Virus record (IMG/VR): IMGVR_UViG_3300007523_000006
Location: 1-64,000 of that record
Length of the DNA stretch: 64,000 nucleotides
Origin: an uncultured virus (IMG/VR IMGVR_UViG_3300007523_000006)
Taxonomy: Duplodnaviria; Heunggongvirae; Uroviricota; Caudoviricetes
Strand: one strand, 5' to 3'
Positions 1 through 8,586 of the stretch are shown here, piece by piece (positions within the stretch are counted from its first letter, which is position 1; every line of letters begins with the position of its first letter). The notes below the pieces were generated by a model. The model made no database searches and was not told where the DNA came from. It worked only from the letters and a program-made list of their open reading frames with translations. The position numbers were made by a program, and so were the translations under genes.

Positions 1-108
1 CTGGTGGCGTTGATCCTGGTGGCGTTGATCCTGGTGGCGTTGATCCTGGTGGCGTTGATCCTGGTGGCGTTGATCCTGGTGGCGTTGATCCTGGTGGCGT
101 TGATCCTG
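1..108. repeat. 15-bp tandem repeat (CTGGTGGCGTTGATC) x7, encodes (PGSTP)n on minus strand
   Basis: Directly visible; begins at window edge so may be longer. Confidence 0.97.
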
Positions 109-514
109 GATGAATTGAAGAGTAGGGATTTCCCTCAACGCCTGAGTTAAAACTTTTTGCAATATCTCCTCCCTGCCCTTGTAGCCAGCCACCAACTTTG
201 CCTCCTAATTCACTAGCTCCTCCTAATGCTCTACCTAATCCATAAGTAACGGCGGAACTTTTTGGTCGATTGGCAGTTTGTTGATAGCCCTGTTTGAATC
301 TATCGAAAAAACCTTCATTTAGATAAATCTCATTTTTAAGCCATTCTTCAGATGCTTCTGTAAGCAATCCTTGGTCCTGCATACCGATTCCATCGGTTGT
401 GTACCACTCGACAAAATCGTTAGGATCAATTCCACGTTCGGACATCAAAATGAACGATTCTCTTACCATTCTGAGATTCGTGGTGGTTTTTAGGCTTTCA
501 GTAAATGTTCTCAT
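1..514 (-). CDS. Hypothetical protein, runs off window start; MRTFTESL N-terminus, PGSTP-repeat tail
   Basis: ATG at 514 with GAGG RBS; open frame MRTFTESLKTTTNLRMVRESFILMSERGIDPNDF... into the repeat; not in ORF track because truncated. Confidence 0.8.
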   Translation of the reverse strand, partial: MRTFTESLKTTTNLRMVRESFILMSERGIDPNDFVEWYTTDGIGMQDQGLLTEASEEWLKNEIYLNEGFFDRFKQGYQQTANRPKSSAVTYGLGRALGGASELGGKVGGWLQGQGGDIAKSFNSGVEGNPYSSIHPGSTPPGSTPPGSTPPGSTPPGSTPPGSTPPGSTPP

Positions 515-527
515 TTAATTCCTCATA

Positions 528-1376
528 CTATTCTGGCAACTGGTATTCGTAATCTTTCAGTTTTAACTTCACGAAGGGAAGTAAAGGCAACGCTGCCGAC
601 TCCGTATATACAGATTCGAGAACATTATTTAGCTCTGTGTCCCAGGTTTTGAGGTCTGAGATAGGACGATAATACGAGACATTAGGAAGCAGCATCTGCT
701 TGTGAGAACGAAGTCCAACGCAAATTGCAATGACCTTGTAATTATCAGTCAAAAACAACGGCCCGCCTGAATCACCCAGGAAAGCAAAACAATTGGCTCG
801 AATCAAACCTTGAAATCCCTTCGGGAAAAGAGTTTTAGGCTGCGTAATTTGTCCATAATCTATTCTCACATCGTCTAACAAGGCATATCCACAGTGAAAA
901 ACCTCTGTGTTTATGTAAAGTTTTGAATCAAAGCAAATCTTCGCTACAGGCATTTTCTGTTCACTTACAAAGTAACCAATCGCCAAATCTCTATTGGAAT
1001 CGAGAGCATAAGGAACCATGCGGTGTTTTTTGTAGTCTTTGATCTCAGACCAGTTTTGATATTCAGCCACATGAACTTCGAGAGCGTCTTCGTCTTCAAC
1101 GACATGAGCCGCAGTAACAATGGTATTGTGCCACTTATCGCCTACTTGAGTTGATCGAACGACAACTCCACTGCCACCGGCTTCATCTCCATCTGTGATT
1201 TTCACAGTCGGGTAAATACACTGTTTGTGTAATTTTCTATCAACTGCATTGGTTCTCTGCCTCTTGTTTGAAGTTTTGTCTGTTTCTTCACTAAATACAA
1301 GAGTGGAAAAAGTACAAAGGGTTAGCACGATGCTGAACAATATTTTGTGCATACATACCTTGTTATAGGAGGACAA
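528..1376 (-). CDS. Trypsin-like (S1) serine protease with signal peptide
   Basis: TAAHV, DLA and GDSGGP motifs; hydrophobic N-terminus. Confidence 0.88.
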   Translation of the reverse strand: MSSYNKVCMHKILFSIVLTLCTFSTLVFSEETDKTSNKRQRTNAVDRKLHKQCIYPTVKITDGDEAGGSGVVVRSTQVGDKWHNTIVTAAHVVEDEDALEVHVAEYQNWSEIKDYKKHRMVPYALDSNRDLAIGYFVSEQKMPVAKICFDSKLYINTEVFHCGYALLDDVRIDYGQITQPKTLFPKGFQGLIRANCFAFLGDSGGPLFLTDNYKVIAICVGLRSHKQMLLPNVSYYRPISDLKTWDTELNNVLESVYTESAALPLLPFVKLKLKDYEYQLPE

Positions 1377-1380
1377 TCAA

Positions 1381-1746
1381 ATGGATAGGAATTTCCTTTA
1401 TGGAATAGCTACATTCTTAGCTATAGCGCTATTTGGCGTTTATATTCAAAACAATCATCCCAATTTCTTCTCTGAAATTACGGGGGAAAAAGAAACCGAA
1501 GATTCTTGGAAAGAAGAAGCGCCAATTTTGGAACAGGATGAAACCCTTCCAAAAGAAGTGACGCCCCCAGAAATCAAAGTAAACCCAGATGCAACATCGC
1601 CAGAAACAGAGCCAAGCGATCCTGAATCTGACGAGCCAGAAATCAATTCTCCAGAACAACATCAAAATCGACGATTACGCAGACACAATCGTGATAGGCA
1701 TGTCAATCTGAGCCGGTCGCCCAATCTTTTTGGGGATGTGATCTAA
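1381..1746 (+). CDS. Membrane-anchored acidic/Pro-rich hypothetical protein
   Basis: N-terminal TM segment, GGAGG RBS. Confidence 0.7.
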   Translation: MDRNFLYGIATFLAIALFGVYIQNNHPNFFSEITGEKETEDSWKEEAPILEQDETLPKEVTPPEIKVNPDATSPETEPSDPESDEPEINSPEQHQNRRLRRHNRDRHVNLSRSPNLFGDVI

Positions 1747-1762
1747 CAAACGTCAATGAATT

Positions 1763-1823
1763 AAACTCCCTCGCACACTAGAATAATGTAGGTCATTATT
1801 CTATAGAATGCGAGGGAGTTTTT
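1763..1823 (+). promoter_or_regulatory. Long hairpin (terminator-like) that pairs the gdh Shine-Dalgarno
   Basis: AAACTCCCTCGCA(1763-75)/TGCGAGGGAGTTT(1809-21) plus inner TAGAATAATG/CATTATTCTA. Confidence 0.75.
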
Positions 1824-1824
1824 C

Positions 1825-3090
1825 ATGTCGATGTTAGAGGAAGCCAAAAAACAACTACATGCTGCGTACAAGTTTGCTCAAATTGATGATGAAAGTTGGC
1901 AGCGTCTTCAATATCCACAAAAGACCCTCAATGTCACAATTCCAATGCGACATGATGATGGCACTCTCAAAATGTATCAGGCATTTCGCTGCCAATACGA
2001 TACAACTCTCGGCCCAGCAAAGGGTGGTATTCGCTACCATCCATCCGTAGACGCAGACCATTGCGAAGCTCTCGCATTATGGATGACTTTCAAGTGTGCC
2101 TGCCTCAAATTACCATATGGTGGTGCCAAAGGCGGTATTTGCGTAGATGCGACAAAATTATCGCACCGTGAATTAGAACGTCTCAGTAAGGCTTATATCG
2201 CATCTATGATCGACTTTATCGGTCCAGATGTTGATGTGCCTGCACCGGACCTTTATACCGACGAACGAATCATGGGCTGGATGTATTCTGAATACAAAAG
2301 AATCAAAGGTGGACATCCAAAAGATATTGTCACTGGAAAACCAGTTGCTCTGGGAGGCATAGAAGGTAGAAGCTCTGCTACTGGCTATGGTGGATTTTAC
2401 GTTCTGGAAAATATCCTCAACAATAGCGTGAGCAAAATAAACATTCCATCCAATCCAGAAGACATCCGAATTGCAATTCAAGGTTTCGGAAAAGTTGGGT
2501 ATTGGTTAGCTGAAAAATGCTTCCGTTCTGGATTGAAGGTTGTGGCCTTGACGAATGAGTTTGGTGGCTCGTATAACGAACATGGACTAAATGTCTCAGC
2601 TTGTCGCAAGTCATTAGATGAAAGCGGCGGCAAAGAATGGGGAGATGGTGACAAAATAACCAATGAAGAATTATGGTCATTGGATATTGATGTTCTGGCA
2701 CCCTCGGCTGTTGAAAATGTCATCACCATCAATAATGCCGACAAAATCAAAGCCAAGGTAATTTTGGAAATGGCTAACGGACCCACCACAAATGAAGCTG
2801 ATGCGATTCTAAATGACCGTGGCATATTGGTGATTCCCGATATTTTGGCGAATGCTGGTGGTGTGGTTGTCAGCTATTTTGAATGGCTCCAAAACCGAAC
2901 GGCGATCAGCCGAACACTGCAAGAAGTCGATCATGATCTCCGAGAAATGATGGTATACGCAACCGAAAGAGTTATTGCGTTGCACATGAAGCACGATATT
3001 TCTGCTCGGACGGCAGCATACGTTTTGGCATTAAAAAGAATCAATGATGCAAACATCTGTTTAGGAAGTCGAGGGTATTTTCAGAAATGA
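1825..3090 (+). CDS. gdhA: Glutamate dehydrogenase (Glu/Leu/Phe/Val dehydrogenase family)
   Basis: GPAKGGIRYHP, GGAKGG, DVPAPD, ATGYG, QGFGKVG, E-ANGP, PDILANAGGV-SYFEW. Confidence 0.95.
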   Translation: MSMLEEAKKQLHAAYKFAQIDDESWQRLQYPQKTLNVTIPMRHDDGTLKMYQAFRCQYDTTLGPAKGGIRYHPSVDADHCEALALWMTFKCACLKLPYGGAKGGICVDATKLSHRELERLSKAYIASMIDFIGPDVDVPAPDLYTDERIMGWMYSEYKRIKGGHPKDIVTGKPVALGGIEGRSSATGYGGFYVLENILNNSVSKINIPSNPEDIRIAIQGFGKVGYWLAEKCFRSGLKVVALTNEFGGSYNEHGLNVSACRKSLDESGGKEWGDGDKITNEELWSLDIDVLAPSAVENVITINNADKIKAKVILEMANGPTTNEADAILNDRGILVIPDILANAGGVVVSYFEWLQNRTAISRTLQEVDHDLREMMVYATERVIALHMKHDISARTAAYVLALKRINDANICLGSRGYFQK

Positions 3091-3169
3091 AAATTGAAAA
3101 CATCGAACGTGGTCCCGGTTGTGCAGTTTGGGGTTTGACCAATATCTCTATCCGAGACGGAATGGCTGG

Positions 3170-3514
3170 TTAAAATTTTGGTGCCAACTGAGGCAATGTG
3201 AAATTAAGCACTCGCATACCAGATGTAGCAAAAATTTGCACACAAACTAATCTTGATGCCGGATTGAAGCTCGTTATTCGCCAATTCTGATTGGTCAGTA
3301 AAATCCTCCTCGGATAACGGTCTTCAAAGTAAATCCACGTCCCATCATTCAAATGAGGGTTGATCTCCGTTTGAGCCATTTGGCTCACGTCTATAATCTC
3401 ACCAGAAGACACAACAATCACTTTTGACGTGTCGATGTGACTATCCAACATGGCCAAAAGCGAAGGTTTCGACAATCTTTGGTCAGGAAGACAGGCTTGC
3501 AAATATGGATTCAT
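3170..3514 (-). CDS. Hypothetical protein
   Basis: ORF with RBS and upstream CATAAATA. Confidence 0.6.
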   Translation of the reverse strand: MNPYLQACLPDQRLSKPSLLAMLDSHIDTSKVIVVSSGEIIDVSQMAQTEINPHLNDGTWIYFEDRYPRRILLTNQNWRITSFNPASRLVCVQIFATSGMRVLNFTLPQLAPKF

Positions 3515-3565
3515 GAATTTTACCCTCTATTAAGAACAACTTATTTATGCGGGAGCACATATAGT

Positions 3566-3805
3566 ATGGACGTGCGGCAAGAAGATTGTTATCTTTGGAT
3601 GGACGAGTCGATCCCCGAAGACGAAAGAACGATGAACGTGTTGTGTGAACAGTGTCATCTAAAATATCCCACTCTAGGATGGTTTTGGGAAGGATCAAAG
3701 CTCGGTTACGGACCTTTTGAGTTTGTCTGCAACATATGCGGGCATTTGGTATACGCCGCCCCTAAGTCCAGCACAAACAACGAGATAGGGCAAGGGACTA
3801 CATGA
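3566..3805 (+). CDS. Small zinc-finger protein (CEQC...CNIC); start re-assigned to 3566
   Basis: Two CxxC motifs; GGGAG RBS; ATGA overlap with methylase. Confidence 0.6.
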   Translation: MDVRQEDCYLWMDESIPEDERTMNVLCEQCHLKYPTLGWFWEGSKLGYGPFEFVCNICGHLVYAAPKSSTNNEIGQGTT

Positions 3806-4599
3806 AAACCATCAGACCAGTGTTTAAGTGCCACGGTGGAAAATTCTATTTGGCACAGTGGATTATTTCGCATTTTCCTGAGAAGTACACAGAGATGACG
3901 TACTTGGAACCCTTTTGCGGGGGTGCGAATGTTCTTTTGAATAAAGAAAAATCTATCATCGAGATCATAAACGATCTCGATCCAAATGTCACTCAAATCT
4001 ATCAGGCGTTGCGAGACGAACCGAAAGAACTGATTCGACGTTTGAACCTCTGCAAATATTGCGAAGAAACTTTTGATCGAGCCGTCAAGAAAACCCAATA
4101 CGATGACTATTTGGATTATGCTGTAAATGAATTTATCGTTCGCCGCATGAGCCGTGGAGGGTTGAAAAAAGCATTCGCCTGGAGCAATCGTTTACGAGGC
4201 GGTCAACCTGGAGATGTCAACGCTTGGATGACAGCCGTAAAAGGTTTGCCTGATCTTGGAGAGCGAATCAAAGAAGTTTACATCTTCAATAAACCTGCCC
4301 TTGAAGTAATGAAGGCATTCAACTCGCCAAATACTTTTTTATATTGCGATCCACCATATTTGCACGAAACACGAGTATCAAAAACCGTATATTCTTCAGA
4401 AATGACTACCTACGATCATATCGAATTAGGACATGCCTTGAACGCATTTCAGGGCAAGGCCATGATTAGCGGATATGCTTCACCGCTGTACAACCGACTC
4501 TACAAAGAGTGGAATGTTGAGAAGAAAAAGATCGCCAATCATTCGTCGCAACAAAAGACCAAAGAGAAAAAGATCGAAGTGATCTGGAAAAATTACTGA
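3802..4599 (+). CDS. DNA adenine methyltransferase, D12/Dam-like
   Basis: GGK, EPFCGG, IND, DPPY motifs. Confidence 0.93.
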   Translation: MKTIRPVFKCHGGKFYLAQWIISHFPEKYTEMTYLEPFCGGANVLLNKEKSIIEIINDLDPNVTQIYQALRDEPKELIRRLNLCKYCEETFDRAVKKTQYDDYLDYAVNEFIVRRMSRGGLKKAFAWSNRLRGGQPGDVNAWMTAVKGLPDLGERIKEVYIFNKPALEVMKAFNSPNTFLYCDPPYLHETRVSKTVYSSEMTTYDHIELGHALNAFQGKAMISGYASPLYNRLYKEWNVEKKKIANHSSQQKTKEKKIEVIWKNY

Positions 4600-4638
4600 G
4601 TTGCAGGCTAATTAAGATCAGAATCGAGAAAGACAGAC

Positions 4639-4667
4639 TTGACTTCAAGTTCCTTTTAGTTTAAGAT
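4639..4667 (+). promoter_or_regulatory. Sigma70-like promoter TTGACT-N17-TAAGAT
   Basis: Near-consensus hexamers with 17-nt spacer upstream of 4757. Confidence 0.6.
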
Positions 4668-4756
4668 TAAGATTAAGATGTCGCAGTTGTGGAGCGACGG
4701 GATTGTTTCCCAAATCCACTGAAGTTAGAAGAAGTTAGAAGAAGAAAAGGTGAACA

Positions 4757-5713
4757 ATGTCGTACAACGACCGTATCGAGGCTGCGCTCGCAGCCATCAA
4801 TCAACACAACGAAGCCGTAGGTGGTGAAGGCAAGTCAGGGTATCTAAACCCTGACGAATTCATCCAATGCGTAAAGGCTTCAGGCGGGACAAGTGAGGAA
4901 CGCCTCTCTGCTCTGTCCCACGAAGACTTGCTGGCATGTATGCCAGCAACCTCTCCCAACGGGATCAAACCTCGTGTCTTGGCGAAAGAAGTCGCCGACA
5001 TCTTCCGCAGCAAATCTGCTGCCAAAACCGATGATAAGCGTCCTGTTTCCGGCAAAAAGGCCGAAAAAATGACGCCTCGTGAATTGGTGGAAGCATTCGA
5101 TCCCGAAGACCACAGCAATCCGGTTGGGGTTCGTCTTACCACAATTTCCAAGGGCGAAAAGTTCATCGTTTATTCTGATGGACGGATCGTGGACGTGGAT
5201 TCCACTTTCAAACTGCTCACAGAAATCAAAGGCGGCTACTCTGGACGTGATGATGTGGACGTGAATGGGGCCATTAAGAAGGTGTACCAAATCGGCGAAC
5301 TGCCGGAAAACTACGCTGACGAGAATCCTCTGTATAGAGGTCGTCCGTTGCGTCCTGATGGAACGTGCGACCAGACTGGTCGAAGCTGGGAAGGTGTTGA
5401 TCTTTCCGTTCGTCAACTCATCCGTGTTGCAATGGATGAAGGCGAACTGCGGGTCACACTGGAAATTGCCCATGATACTCTTGACGCCGTGATGGAAACT
5501 GGCGATCAGAAGAAACTACGATCTCGCTATCGCAAGTCAGCAATCAAATTTGATGAGCTTGCAAAGACCGGCGATCTTCCGACGTTGAAGATTCCTCTCG
5601 ACGGAGGCAGCGAAGGCACCAGCCCTTTTTCCGGGGGTAAGCAAGTAGTTTGGGGTCAAAGCCCCGTTCTGCCCAATGCTTACATCACCAATCGCCATCT
5701 GCGTGGCCGATAA
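4757..5713 (+). CDS. Hypothetical protein (318 aa)
   Basis: Long ORF, AAGGTG RBS. Confidence 0.8.
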   Translation: MSYNDRIEAALAAINQHNEAVGGEGKSGYLNPDEFIQCVKASGGTSEERLSALSHEDLLACMPATSPNGIKPRVLAKEVADIFRSKSAAKTDDKRPVSGKKAEKMTPRELVEAFDPEDHSNPVGVRLTTISKGEKFIVYSDGRIVDVDSTFKLLTEIKGGYSGRDDVDVNGAIKKVYQIGELPENYADENPLYRGRPLRPDGTCDQTGRSWEGVDLSVRQLIRVAMDEGELRVTLEIAHDTLDAVMETGDQKKLRSRYRKSAIKFDELAKTGDLPTLKIPLDGGSEGTSPFSGGKQVVWGQSPVLPNAYITNRHLRGR

Positions 5714-5774
5714 CTTCCGGGCTGGTGGCACTTTCAGTAACAACATCGCTCCCAAGAAGTAAGCAATGTAACGT

Positions 5775-5811
5775 ATATCCCGCCCATCTGTATGGTGGGC
5801 GGGATATTTTT
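5775..5811 (+). terminator. Rho-independent terminator
   Basis: ATATCCCGCCCA/TGGGCGGGATAT stem then T-run. Confidence 0.8.
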
Positions 5812-5843
5812 CTCTCAGCACATCTCAAACAAGGTACACTATA

Positions 5844-6782
5844 ATGGCGAAGAAGAAAGCAGTAGCAACCGTCGCAAAGCCTAAGACGTATGTTGCGATC
5901 ATTTTGGACAAGTCCGGCTCAATGGCTGCGACTAAGGCAGGAGCAATCAGCGGGTTCAACGAACAAATTCAACAATTGAAAGAAGACTCCAAGACGCAGG
6001 AAATTTACTGCTCGTTGGTAACTTTCAACGGCGAAGTGTTCGAGCATCTGTGGAATGTTCCAGCAGAAAAACTGTCAGAGGCAAACGCCAACGACTTTCA
6101 GCCCAATGGCAACACAGCCATGCGGGACGCAGTAGGTTACACTGTTCAGAAATTGTTGAACACAACCGATCATGAAGACCCCAATACGGCCTACTTGATT
6201 GTGACGATCTCTGATGGTCAAACTAACCAAGACCGTCATTACAATTGGGATGCTCTAAAGGAATTGACCCAGGGTTGTGAAGCCACCAAGAAGTGGACTT
6301 TCACCTACATGGGTTGCACGAAAGAGTACATGCAACAACTTGCAGAAAATGTTGGAACACAAGTTTCCAATATGGCAGCGTGGTCCAACCATTCCGTCGC
6401 TGCTGCTGGTCTTGGTTTTTCCAATATGCGAGGTCGTCAAAAGAAATACTTTGCTGAACGAGCTATGGGACAAAGCGCTGCGTCCAATTACGCTTCGGAT
6501 AGTCTGAGCGTTGCTGACTTCACTGAAGATGTCGTAGAATCGGCACCGGCTCCTGTGTTGGTGGATGTGGCGGCTTTACCAAAGGTGGACTTTGCCACCA
6601 TCTTGAGTCTCCAACCTAAGTATGAGGTTCAAGATTCTCCAGCCTGGAATGGTGGGACATTGTTCGCCAATTCCATGAAAGTAGCCTGGAGCGGTGATGA
6701 GGGATCAGATTTAACCGCCAATGGCGGCGTAGCTTCGATGGCTGTCGCCAACAATGTTCGGCGTGGCGTCAAGAAGAACTAA
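5844..6782 (+). CDS. von Willebrand factor A domain protein
   Basis: MIDAS DKSGS, T(AMRDA), ISDG. Confidence 0.88.
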   Translation: MAKKKAVATVAKPKTYVAIILDKSGSMAATKAGAISGFNEQIQQLKEDSKTQEIYCSLVTFNGEVFEHLWNVPAEKLSEANANDFQPNGNTAMRDAVGYTVQKLLNTTDHEDPNTAYLIVTISDGQTNQDRHYNWDALKELTQGCEATKKWTFTYMGCTKEYMQQLAENVGTQVSNMAAWSNHSVAAAGLGFSNMRGRQKKYFAERAMGQSAASNYASDSLSVADFTEDVVESAPAPVLVDVAALPKVDFATILSLQPKYEVQDSPAWNGGTLFANSMKVAWSGDEGSDLTANGGVASMAVANNVRRGVKKN

Positions 6783-6810
6783 TTCCCACTTCTCCCCATT
6801 TCCTCCCATT

Positions 6811-6844
6811 AAGCAGACCCAATTTATTTCGGGTCCGCTTTTTT
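6811..6844 (+). terminator. Rho-independent terminator
   Basis: AAGCAGACCC/GGGTCCGCTT stem then T-run. Confidence 0.65.
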
Positions 6845-6868
6845 GTTGCGCCAACCCTAAATAACAAC

Positions 6869-7129
6869 ATGAGTTTAATAGGCTTCAAAGAATGGCTATC
6901 TAAGACTGCACCAGAAGGTGGAGGCGAAATATGGGACAACCGTTCCAATGCCGATCTCGATTTCGGGAGAACAGGAGCTAAATCCAGAAATGTCTCTCAA
7001 AACAAGTCAGGTCAAGTGGAGATAGACCCTGAAAAGCTATTCTTTGGAATATCCAAAAAGCGAAACCCTAAACTAGATACAGATAAGAATTCCAATACCG
7101 GAGGAAGTAATGAAAACAATTACATTTAG
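6869..7129 (+). CDS. Hypothetical protein, FKEWL N-terminal motif
   Basis: ORF directly after CCTAAATA. Confidence 0.65.
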   Translation: MSLIGFKEWLSKTAPEGGGEIWDNRSNADLDFGRTGAKSRNVSQNKSGQVEIDPEKLFFGISKKRNPKLDTDKNSNTGGSNENNYI

Positions 7130-7406
7130 AGTAAATCTTGAAACAGTGAACCGTCAAGGTTTTTTGCAACCAAACCGTACAACACTGGCTGGAAACGAAA
7201 CTGTTTCCGAAGCTGACAACATGCGTATTACTCGCACTATTTATATCCCTGGTCTGTTACAGACCAATGTTCAAGGTCTTGGCCCAAAGGGATATTTGCA
7301 CCACGGCGACACATTTGTTGCTACTGATTCGCAAGCTATGTATTTGAAGAAAACTTATGTGTTGGGTCAAGCCGACGACGTTCTTCAAATCGTTTCCGAA
7401 GACTAA
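7110..7406 (+). CDS. Hypothetical protein
   Basis: GGAGG RBS; ORF. Confidence 0.7.
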   Translation: MKTITFRVNLETVNRQGFLQPNRTTLAGNETVSEADNMRITRTIYIPGLLQTNVQGLGPKGYLHHGDTFVATDSQAMYLKKTYVLGQADDVLQIVSED

Positions 7407-7440
7407 TTTCAAATAGCTTTGTCATTCAATAGGGTGGGAA

Positions 7441-7779
7441 ATGAGTTCGTTTCAACGATTGTGGGAAAATATCCAAGCTGATAAAGAGAAGACGCCCCAG
7501 GATGACAGGGCAATGTCTGCTATACGCACCGGCATGGGTGTTCGTGATGAATTTTGGGATGACTTTCTATTGGTCATCAACAATTCAGAAGGTCTTTCGC
7601 AACTGCTGGATATTCCGACCACAAAGATTTCTGGTTGGCATGACAAAGTAAAGCATGTTTTGGATAAGGTCAGGCAAGCCGATGCTTCTCCTGACCCTAG
7701 AGACAACGGCAAGTTGCTCAAGACAGGGCAATCAGACGAACCAGACCCACATACTCTTGTCATGAATCCGGTACAATGA
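7441..7779 (+). CDS. Hypothetical protein
   Basis: ORF in tightly coupled run. Confidence 0.7.
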   Translation: MSSFQRLWENIQADKEKTPQDDRAMSAIRTGMGVRDEFWDDFLLVINNSEGLSQLLDIPTTKISGWHDKVKHVLDKVRQADASPDPRDNGKLLKTGQSDEPDPHTLVMNPVQ

Positions 7780-8174
7780 TGAAATCACTTAAAGATTGGC
7801 GAATTAAAGAGAACACTCAAAATGCTGAGTGGGATCACATCAAGTCAATGAAGTTCCCCACAAGCCCTGATATGAAAGCGTTTATTGCGCCCAGGGTAGG
7901 GAAACTTCAAGAGGCTATTGTACTTCGATTAAGTGAAGGAAATCCAAAGATCAAATCTTTCAGAGACGTACCACCTGAAGTAAGAGATCAGTTTGCCCAA
8001 GCAATCGTGTCCTCAACGCTGGAAGCATTCTTTGGTGGCATGGACCCACAAGCGGCTCAATCAAGCCACGGTCAACAACCCATGACTCCACAACCCATGA
8101 CTCCACAACAGCCGCAGCCTCCACAGATGTTGCCACAAGATGAACCACAAACTCCAGCCGCATCGAGGGGATAA
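7776..8174 (+). CDS. Hypothetical protein, Q/P-rich C-terminus
   Basis: ATGA-coupled ORF. Confidence 0.7.
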   Translation: MMKSLKDWRIKENTQNAEWDHIKSMKFPTSPDMKAFIAPRVGKLQEAIVLRLSEGNPKIKSFRDVPPEVRDQFAQAIVSSTLEAFFGGMDPQAAQSSHGQQPMTPQPMTPQQPQPPQMLPQDEPQTPAASRG

Positions 8175-8572
8175 TGAAAAGTTTCAATGATTTTGTTTGC
8201 CTAAAAGAAGACGGGATGCCACCTACTCAAAACCAGATGAATCCTGCGGCCAATCAAATGCCACCAACAGGTCTAAGTCCAGAAGAACAAAATCCCGGAC
8301 AGGGAGCCGAACGTGATCCACCACCCGAAGCGGCAGCAGAGATGGAAGGCATAACCAACGATATTCAACGTCAAGTTAATCGTCTTTTCCAAGTGTTAGA
8401 TCGACACAATCTGAATAAGACAAAGACAACTACTCTATTAACTGCGCTCATTCAGCAAGTGGCTAGTGGTGGAAAACTAACTGCTACAGGTGCGACTCAA
8501 ACAACTCGCAATGCGATGACCACAAATGGAAGCGGAATGTCCCCACCAATGCAGCCAATGGCGAATGGTTAA
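8174..8572 (+). CDS. Hypothetical protein, MKSFNDF N-terminus
   Basis: TAATG-coupled ORF. Confidence 0.7.
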   Translation: MKSFNDFVCLKEDGMPPTQNQMNPAANQMPPTGLSPEEQNPGQGAERDPPPEAAAEMEGITNDIQRQVNRLFQVLDRHNLNKTKTTTLLTALIQQVASGGKLTATGATQTTRNAMTTNGSGMSPPMQPMANG

Positions 8573-8586
8573 ACAAGGAGCCATGA

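Noticed and set aside
4662..4746. Short repeats TAAGAT x3 and GAAGTTAGAA x2 as operator sites
   Set aside because: Could be simple slippage; not seen elsewhere in the window
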